Origin: Bacteroidales bacterium
GTDB taxonomy: Bacteria; Bacteroidota; Bacteroidia; Bacteroidales; F082
Length of the DNA stretch: 64,000 nucleotides
Assembly (NCBI GenBank): GCA_017553625.1
Contig: JAFZKP010000013.1
Coordinates: 374 to 64,373, forward strand
Direction of reading: 5' to 3'
A program made the translations under genes and the position numbers. Under the pieces are notes generated by a model that had not been told where the DNA came from, searched no databases, and worked only from the letters and a program-made list of their open reading frames with translations. This document shows positions 48,233 to 55,562 of this stretch, one piece after another (the first letter of the stretch is position 1; each line of letters begins with the position of its first letter).

Positions 48233-49047
48233 ATAAACATATTAAATGCGGTGATAATTTCTTGTTTTTTTATCTCAACCATACTTTTTGTTATACGATA
48301 TTCTCTATTTATCCTATCACAATCAATATCAATGATATTGTTAACATCTAAAGCGGTTGCTTTTATTCCAAATGTTGAATAATAATCATGAAACTTAAAA
48401 CCATCTCCCAATAGATTATTTGTAAGCTTTATCCAACAATTGGGAATCCCCAAACTATCAGCAACAACCAATCCGTGCAAACTACTGGATATGATACATT
48501 CGCACTCCGCCATTGTTTTAATAATGCTAAGTGGATTGTCTTGTACGTCAATAATAATACTTTTTGAATTATTATTCAAAATATCAATAAAATGCTTTTC
48601 ATGTCTTTCTCTATCATGGGGTATTATTCCTAGTCTATATCTTTTCATTCTCATACTACCAATCAATTCACTTGCCAACAAACCTGCATCTCCAGTAGTA
48701 ATATTTAAAGACTTACCATATAGCTTTTCCAGAAATGCTTTAGACATTTCACCTCTGACTGAAGAAATATTAAAGTCTTTAATAGGCATGATATCATTTG
48801 CTGGTGTCGATAAAAAACCTGCGGACCATATTTGACTGGGAAAACTATTTTCAATTCTTTTTTGATTGTCTATTTGCTGTGTTTTTCGAAAAAAAAGACG
48901 AAGCCCACTTCCAATCCCACTTGTTTCACAACTATACTCATCCGCCCAAGCAACTTTTTTCCCAAATACATGTTCAATTATAATTGGATTTAAGGCATTC
49001 CCGAAGTTCTTTCTGATAGAATAGCATACTTTCACGGTCTTTCCCAT
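48229..49047 (-). CDS. Polysaccharide pyruvyl transferase family protein
   Basis: 272 aa with 'NFGNALNP', 'GIIPH' and 'SSSLHGLVVADSLGIP'. Confidence 0.7.
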   Translation of the reverse strand: MGKTVKVCYSIRKNFGNALNPIIIEHVFGKKVAWADEYSCETSGIGSGLRLFFRKTQQIDNQKRIENSFPSQIWSAGFLSTPANDIMPIKDFNISSVRGEMSKAFLEKLYGKSLNITTGDAGLLASELIGSMRMKRYRLGIIPHDRERHEKHFIDILNNNSKSIIIDVQDNPLSIIKTMAECECIISSSLHGLVVADSLGIPNCWIKLTNNLLGDGFKFHDYYSTFGIKATALDVNNIIDIDCDRINREYRITKSMVEIKKQEIITAFNMFI

Positions 49048-49053
49048 ATCAAA

Positions 49054-49737
49054 CTATTGTTTTATTTTATTTATTATTATTTCTGCATTATTAATACTTG
49101 AATCCTTCATATCAACAATTACTTTATTCCTAACAATTGAATTTGATATTAGCGCCAAATTACTTTCTTTTATCATCAGTAATTCACCCAAAGAATCTTT
49201 ATAAGCAAATCTGTCTTTCTTATCGCGTTGTTTTATTCTATACATTGTGGAATCTAGATCTAATTGACAATCAACATAAAGTACATCAAATGGATTCTCG
49301 TTTATGCTCTTTGTAATCCGTTCTATCAATTCCACTTTCTTTATAACATTATCATGAGGAATTGAAGACAGGAATTGTATTATACCCTCGTCCAAAACAA
49401 TTATTTGTGTTTTGTTATTCCTATACAAGTCGATAACCATAACTGTATACAGCAAATATATTATGGAATAACGATTGAAAGGAAACGAAAGTGCATATTT
49501 TAACAAAAAGGTTTTTGTTTTATAGTTAGTCGGCTTTAATAGCTCAAGTCCAAGACATAAAAAAAGACATAACGGACGATCCCAATACTTGTTTATTTTG
49601 CCTGAAATGTCCGATCTACGCAACACAATGCCAGGATACTCCCTTTGCAAGATTGACAGGATGGAATGAGTTAAAGTTGACTTTCCACAGCCTGGCAAGC
49701 CATATAGTTCTATGATTTTAATATTTGGAAGATTCAT
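49054..49737 (-). CDS. P-loop NTPase/kinase-like hypothetical protein
   Basis: 227 aa with a 'LYGLPGCGKSTL' Walker A and a later 'VLDEG'. Confidence 0.6.
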   Translation of the reverse strand: MNLPNIKIIELYGLPGCGKSTLTHSILSILQREYPGIVLRRSDISGKINKYWDRPLCLFLCLGLELLKPTNYKTKTFLLKYALSFPFNRYSIIYLLYTVMVIDLYRNNKTQIIVLDEGIIQFLSSIPHDNVIKKVELIERITKSINENPFDVLYVDCQLDLDSTMYRIKQRDKKDRFAYKDSLGELLMIKESNLALISNSIVRNKVIVDMKDSSINNAEIIINKIKQ

Positions 49738-49748
49738 GATTCTATGAT

Positions 49749-50819
49749 TTAATCATTCGTTTCAAGAATAGTATATTTGTATTTTTTGTAATTCAAACAC
49801 AAGTGTTTGAACAAACCTTCCACATCCCCTTTTTGCATAAACACATATAGCATAGGGAATGTATTCGCAAAGAATGCTTTGTGTTTAATTATGTCAAATA
49901 ATTCTATGTACTTTTTGCATAAATAATAATGCGATTTTTTGTTGTTTGTCTTAGACCATAACCATTCTATTTCTGAAAAAACACGAGATATTACAAGAAG
50001 ATAATCGGCCTTGTCTTCAATTAAATTATTTGATAACATCACAATGTATTTTCTCGCAAGCAATTGAGATACTATCTTTTTCTGAGAGAAATATTGGGAG
50101 TCCAAAGAATCCTTTCTCTTGCAATAGTGGTAATGTGTGTCGTTAACTAAAACTATATCTTTTGCCTTTATACAAGCATGACGTTGAAACACAAAATCCT
50201 GACCACAAAAAACATCTTCTGGAAATAGAATGTGGTATTTTCGGAGTAATTCTAACTTGTAAACAGCACTCCACCATTGAGCATAAAAGAAGTACTTGTT
50301 TATTGGGATGTAAGACGCAATATCTTTTACTCCAAATGCAGCGCCCTTAACAATATCTGCATCGTTTGCAATGGATTTGAGATAAAGTTTTTCATAAAAG
50401 TCAATATCTAAATAATCATCAGGATCAATAAAACTGGCATATTTACCTGAAGCTATTTTCATCCCAGAATTTCTTGCTCGTGCAACTCCATAATTCTTAT
50501 CATGGGCAATAACCCGAATTCTTTCATCCTTATGTTCATATTCGTGTATTATAGATAATGAATCGTCAGTAGATTTATCATCTATAAGAATTATCTCAAT
50601 ATTGGGAAATGATTGGTTAATGACAGTATCCAAACATCTACGAAGGTATTTCGAAACATTATAACATGGTATAATCACAGAAAAATAGCATCCAATGGGA
50701 TCATCGTTTGTTGATTGTGTATTATGATGTACAAGCATTCCAGAATGGCCTGTAATTAGCCCAGTATTCTTTACCATATCAAAGAGATTTCTATTATTGT
50801 CTGCCTTGTTTGTTTTCAT
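49749..50819 (-). CDS. Glycosyltransferase family 2
   Basis: 356 aa with 'FSVIIPCYNVSKYLRRCLDTVINQSFPNIEIILIDDKSTDDS' and 'DPDD'. The start is uncertain (M1, M15 or M28). Confidence 0.85.
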   Translation of the reverse strand: MKTNKADNNRNLFDMVKNTGLITGHSGMLVHHNTQSTNDDPIGCYFSVIIPCYNVSKYLRRCLDTVINQSFPNIEIILIDDKSTDDSLSIIHEYEHKDERIRVIAHDKNYGVARARNSGMKIASGKYASFIDPDDYLDIDFYEKLYLKSIANDADIVKGAAFGVKDIASYIPINKYFFYAQWWSAVYKLELLRKYHILFPEDVFCGQDFVFQRHACIKAKDIVLVNDTHYHYCKRKDSLDSQYFSQKKIVSQLLARKYIVMLSNNLIEDKADYLLVISRVFSEIEWLWSKTNNKKSHYYLCKKYIELFDIIKHKAFFANTFPMLYVFMQKGDVEGLFKHLCLNYKKYKYTILETND

Positions 50820-50912
50820 ATCTATTGATTTTATAGTTTAGCAAGCAATTGAAGTACATAAACAGATTGACCTACTGATATAAATATAGTGTACATATAG
50901 TTACCCTCCTCA

Positions 50913-50920
50913 CAAAAGTA
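50913..50920 (-). promoter_or_regulatory. Bacteroidetes -7 promoter box (TACTTTTG)
   Basis: Plus 'caaaagta', about 95 nt upstream of the ATG at 50819. Confidence 0.3.
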
Positions 50921-51168
50921 ACTTTAAAAATGTTGTTAATGCAGATTAAGCACTTGTTTTTCCGAAATCGTCATTATGTTGATATTACATCGTTTATTGG
51001 CAATCAAAAATCCAAACTATACAAACATTGCCCTCTTGATATTGAGACATAGTAGGTTCATGAATAGAATCTGTATGAAATAAACTAACAACTTCTATTT
51101 ATAGTAACAGAATAACAATTTGTTGGCATAATGAAACAACATAAATAAACAGAAATGCTCCTGTTATT

Positions 51169-51756
51169 TCATCTCAACCCTAGACTATCATAACAATGGC
51201 TTGGACCACATTCGTTTCCAATAACCAATCCTTTGATAGTTATAACACGACCAGTTGGCACACCAAGGTTAAAAAGTGCTATTGGATTTTCGTTATTTAG
51301 TCCACCTGCCGATAATCCCTTTAATGTGTAAGCCCAATCAGCCCTACGTGACATATAGTCTCCGGGACCAAGATTGTTCATGTTATTATAATAGGAGTCA
51401 TTGTATTCCCATTTTTTTGATAGAATTGTATCTGGGACAAGAAAAAATCCGTATTTTGTTATAGTTTCAATATTAGTCCAGTCTCCCATAGAAGAATAAC
51501 CTATTGGAAAATCTCGAACCACATTGCCCGAAATAGAATATTTATTATTTACAGCTTTACAAAGGCATTCTATTTTTCCCCATCCATTATGAGTAACTCT
51601 TTCTAGAACAATTTCTGCATTGTCACCAAATTTGCGCCAATGTGTACCAACTAAAAAATGACACCAGAAGGATGTGGTTTTAAAATTATCTGGCGCGGAG
51701 TAATGAACTTTGATTTCAAACATAATTGTTATGGTGGACTTCTTATTATTACACAT
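51169..51756 (-). CDS. Hypothetical protein (orphan, own promoter)
   Basis: 195 aa with no recognisable family. An alternative start is M12 (51723). Confidence 0.5.
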   Translation of the reverse strand: MCNNKKSTITIMFEIKVHYSAPDNFKTTSFWCHFLVGTHWRKFGDNAEIVLERVTHNGWGKIECLCKAVNNKYSISGNVVRDFPIGYSSMGDWTNIETITKYGFFLVPDTILSKKWEYNDSYYNNMNNLGPGDYMSRRADWAYTLKGLSAGGLNNENPIALFNLGVPTGRVITIKGLVIGNECGPSHCYDSLGLR

Positions 51757-51821
51757 CTATACTCGCCATATTATTTGTTTCTGTGAAGTCCATTTAACAG
51801 AATCAATATATAACGACAGTG

Positions 51822-51829
51822 CAAAGATA
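51822..51829 (-). promoter_or_regulatory. Bacteroidetes -7 promoter box (TATCTTTG)
   Basis: Plus 'caaagata', about 66 nt upstream of the ATG at 51756. Confidence 0.45.
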
Positions 51830-52063
51830 AAATAATTTTATAATTTTTTTACATTTTTTATGTTAGTAATATGATTAATGTCAACCGCAAGCAAAATAAG
51901 AATAGTTTTATTCCCATCAAAATTTTTCATAATCTTCATATCGTTGTGTGTTTATCTTTGATAAATACTTCAGCATATTTCTTTGAGACTATTTTTAATT
52001 GTTATTACGAGAGGAATATGTTGCAAATCTATTACATTGATTTTATCAAGTATTACATAATTT

Positions 52064-53155
52064 TTACACTTTAGAAACTTTCACTTCATTTTCATCAACG
52101 TAATAAGTATATCTTTTGTCGTGAAAAACATAGTTGTCGCCATTGAAAGAGCCTCCAGTGATAACAATTTCTGGCGCGTTAGATATGGTTTCATTGGCTT
52201 TCCATACAGCATAGCGATATGAGTCATCAGGCATTTTGTCAATTCTGATAATATTTCTTGATGTTCGCATAAACAATCCGATTCGCTGGTAGTCGCAAAG
52301 TTCAGGATAGAGATAAGGATTTGCGACAGTTTCTGTCCCGACAAGTTTCATATCGGAGCCATCCCAATGATAGCACCAATATCTATCAGTTAGGCATAAT
52401 TCATCTTCTTCAGCGACATATAGTGTGGAAGTTTTCTCGTCGAAATAATCGAGCCAATCATAGCCTTCGCCATTTGTTCTGAAGTACCAATCAGAAATAA
52501 AATATTCATAAGAAGCATTCCAAAAATCGACGGTTTTCAGACCTTTTTTGGTGAGTTTTGAGATTTCAAAATTCATATATCCGATATTACTACTTTCACG
52601 GAAATATGCTATCGTCAAATAATAGTTACAAGTTTTTCCTTTTAAGATATGAAGACTATTAGGCGATAACACGTACCAATTATCTTCGCTGGCATCAGGC
52701 TTTTGACATAAAACTTTTCCGTTCCAACGATACTGGATAATTGTATGAAAATCGCTCATTGTATGAGCATGCGGATAATCCCATGTGTAATAACGAACAT
52801 TCCCATCAGGTGAATCAATGATGTCTATGTTTGCATAATGCTGTAAAGAATCAAATGGATAGTTCATAGAGGAAGCGTTGGATCGAACGATTTGTTCAAA
52901 CAAGTCGTAATCAAAAGCGTGTCGATCAAATGGCAATTCATCAATAGACATGCCGTTGGGGAAGAAATATTGGAGGAGTTTTCGCTCGGCTTCTTCCATT
53001 GAAGAGAACGTTATGCTGCTTGACTTGCCATCTTTGACATAATGGGTGCCAATGTTGAAGGTTTGGCTTTGTGGTTTGTTGCCTACATTGTCACAGCAAG
53101 AAAACAACATGGCGATAATCGTATAAATGATTGTTGAAATGATAGATTTTTTCAT
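52064..53155 (-). CDS. Hypothetical lipoprotein
   Basis: 363 aa with lipoprotein signal 'IIAMLFSCCDN'. W/Y-rich. It is the last gene of the tight minus-strand operon. Confidence 0.65.
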   Translation of the reverse strand: MKKSIISTIIYTIIAMLFSCCDNVGNKPQSQTFNIGTHYVKDGKSSSITFSSMEEAERKLLQYFFPNGMSIDELPFDRHAFDYDLFEQIVRSNASSMNYPFDSLQHYANIDIIDSPDGNVRYYTWDYPHAHTMSDFHTIIQYRWNGKVLCQKPDASEDNWYVLSPNSLHILKGKTCNYYLTIAYFRESSNIGYMNFEISKLTKKGLKTVDFWNASYEYFISDWYFRTNGEGYDWLDYFDEKTSTLYVAEEDELCLTDRYWCYHWDGSDMKLVGTETVANPYLYPELCDYQRIGLFMRTSRNIIRIDKMPDDSYRYAVWKANETISNAPEIVITGGSFNGDNYVFHDKRYTYYVDENEVKVSKV

Positions 53156-53175
53156 GGCTGTATGTTTTGATTTTG

Positions 53176-53679
53176 TTAATTATCAATCTTTTGATCAAAT
53201 TCAGACAGGTCATCATCATCTGATTCTGAAGTGCCCTTGTCAATAATCGACTCTTCGAATTGTTTTTTGTCAAGTACTACTGGGTAGCCGGTGGCATTTG
53301 TGGCGTTAAAGACAATGGAATTGATGTCGTTGTATTTGCTCTTTGGAATCGTATCATTTAATATTTTATGAATACTTTCACTGTCAAGAGATTCATCAGT
53401 TATGTTGACAAAGACCACATAGACAAACATAAGGTCATGAGCTTTGAGTCCGCAATCTATTGCTGTTGAAATATTGACTTTGATTTCAATCATATAATAG
53501 AGATCCTTGCTTATCCTTGCTGAAAGCACCTCTGTATTTATAATGACCGCAAAAGTTTTTTCAGTCGGATATAGTATTAATTCGGGAGTACCCGGACATT
53601 CTATATGAAGTTGCCCAAGAAATGTTCTCGTAATTGTAAATGGAAAATCTTCATAAGGATTATTTGTTACTGTGTCCAT
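53176..53679 (-). CDS. Hypothetical protein, possibly SecB-like chaperone fold with acidic tail
   Basis: 167 aa. The overall pattern (N-terminal beta region, 'IPKSKYNDINSIVFNATNATGYPVVL', acidic C-terminus 'SESDDDDLSEFD') resembles SecB. This is by eye only. Confidence 0.5.
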   Translation of the reverse strand: MDTVTNNPYEDFPFTITRTFLGQLHIECPGTPELILYPTEKTFAVIINTEVLSARISKDLYYMIEIKVNISTAIDCGLKAHDLMFVYVVFVNITDESLDSESIHKILNDTIPKSKYNDINSIVFNATNATGYPVVLDKKQFEESIIDKGTSESDDDDLSEFDQKIDN

Positions 53680-53715
53680 AATATGTCTGTTTATTTATTG
53701 TTTTTGTAGGCAAAG

Positions 53716-54606
53716 CTATATAAAAAGCAGATCTTTTCCATACCTTGAATCTGCAATATCTCGTTTAATGTGAATTTCAAGCATCATATCAATAATATCT
53801 TCAAAATCAATGTTTTCGAATTTATTTCTATTTAGAAAGCATTCTATATCTTCTCGCAAATTGTTGGAATAATTTGATCTATAGTAGAATCCTTCAGTAA
53901 TTGCATCGGTTATAATATTGAATGCGGTACTCTTGTCTTGACGTTTAAGACATATTTTTGCCATTAATGTTTTTAACACGAATAGTCTATCATAATATTT
54001 TTTATAAGAATCTTCAGCCAGATTGATAACAACCATATTAGTTAATCGTTCGGCCGCCTGCAACTCTCCAAGTTCAGTTTGGCATAAAATTTCGCCGAGT
54101 TGTAATGATGACCTACATGTTGAGTTTTCCATGGTTTGTTCAAAAGTCATGGTAAAATAACTTGCAGAAACGGATAGTGTTTGAAAACCTGCCAACGCTT
54201 TTTGAGTTTCATTTAAAAAGAATAAAGTGAAACATTTATTACATCCTGTTACCAATAGACTGTATTGATATGCTTCACTATTAACGTCTTCTTTTATGAC
54301 ATAGAACTCAGCAAGATGTAGAAAGAACAAAGCTTTATCATATTCGTTTCGTTGGAAATGCTTTTTAGCTTCCAAGTTGTAATAGTGAGCTATATTAAAA
54401 TTCAGATTTTCATCGTCTTTGATTCCCCAGTACCAATAATCTTGGGTGACAATAAAATCGTAGTCTTCGTCAAAATTTTCATTGACAATAAGCAAAAGCT
54501 TTTCGATTCTATCAATTGTGGCTTTATCAATGATATAATCATGATAAGAAGAGATTTCATTGATTAAAGAATTTATTTCATGTGCTTGAGTTTGTTGCGT
54601 TTCCAT
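53716..54606 (-). CDS. Hypothetical cytoplasmic helical (TPR-like?) protein
   Basis: 296 aa with no signal or TM run and a helical-repeat-like composition. Confidence 0.55.
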   Translation of the reverse strand: METQQTQAHEINSLINEISSYHDYIIDKATIDRIEKLLLIVNENFDEDYDFIVTQDYWYWGIKDDENLNFNIAHYYNLEAKKHFQRNEYDKALFFLHLAEFYVIKEDVNSEAYQYSLLVTGCNKCFTLFFLNETQKALAGFQTLSVSASYFTMTFEQTMENSTCRSSLQLGEILCQTELGELQAAERLTNMVVINLAEDSYKKYYDRLFVLKTLMAKICLKRQDKSTAFNIITDAITEGFYYRSNYSNNLREDIECFLNRNKFENIDFEDIIDMMLEIHIKRDIADSRYGKDLLFI

Positions 54607-54642
54607 AATAACGGTGTGTTTATAAATGCGAGAATAAAACTA

Positions 54643-55557
54643 TTATTTGATTGACAAAAACTTGTGCGATTGAGATAGGAACTCAATTGTAGGGTCGAAA
54701 TAACGATGGCTTAACATCTTTTTTGATGATTGGACTGCAGCATCTTTAAAACTTGTTGTTGAGTCCCATGTTGTATCAAAAAACACCCATCTGTAATTAA
54801 TATATGCGGCGTTTATGACATGGTTGCTGATGTCGTTAGAAACATACTCATCAGTCCATAAACCATTTGTTGATGCACCTAATGCAAAACATCTGATTGT
54901 AATTGTTGGCAATCCTATTGCACGCATCATTGTCTGTGCGAGGTCGCCGTATCCACTACATACAGCTTTTTTATTGTTAAACACGTCTGAAGCTCTGGTT
55001 AAAGACAAGTCGATACTCTTTTTGTTATACAGATTCATATAAAAAGCGTCTAAGTTGTATATTATGTTTTCGGCAATATAATCGTGAATTATCAAGGCTT
55101 TTTGATAATTGTCGTAACATGTTTTGGTTATTTCTTTAGCTTTATTTATGACAGATTTATTATCCGAGTGATTTAGGTATTTTGAAACATTAGTTGACGA
55201 CAACTTGGTTATAAAATTGACATTATTGCCATATACATCTGCCTTTGAAAAAGCAACTCCATTCTCGGAGTTTGTTATGTTTGTGCAAAACAACTCTGTG
55301 CAATATGATGACAAATATTCTATTTTATATCCACTCAAGAGGTATTTCCCGTTTTGAATGGATTTGAAATTTAGGACTATATGATTGGCATTGTGGTTGT
55401 TTACCCTTTTTTCATATTTTTTCTTGTCGGCTGTTTGCAACGTAAAATATAGATTGTCATATATACGATCGTTTGGTAAATAAATATGAACGGATTTCCC
55501 AGTGGCAAACAGCTTTATGTTATGATATTGATTGTAGGTTGTACTAAAGGTGTTCAT
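54643..55557 (-). CDS. Transglutaminase-like cysteine peptidase-fold protein
   Basis: 304 aa with the Cys-His-Asp pattern 'KKAVCSGYGDLAQTMMRAIGLP...NHVINAAYINYRWVFFDTTWD'. No signal peptide. Confidence 0.75.
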   Translation of the reverse strand: MNTFSTTYNQYHNIKLFATGKSVHIYLPNDRIYDNLYFTLQTADKKKYEKRVNNHNANHIVLNFKSIQNGKYLLSGYKIEYLSSYCTELFCTNITNSENGVAFSKADVYGNNVNFITKLSSTNVSKYLNHSDNKSVINKAKEITKTCYDNYQKALIIHDYIAENIIYNLDAFYMNLYNKKSIDLSLTRASDVFNNKKAVCSGYGDLAQTMMRAIGLPTITIRCFALGASTNGLWTDEYVSNDISNHVINAAYINYRWVFFDTTWDSTTSFKDAAVQSSKKMLSHRYFDPTIEFLSQSHKFLSIK

Positions 55558-55562
55558 GATGT

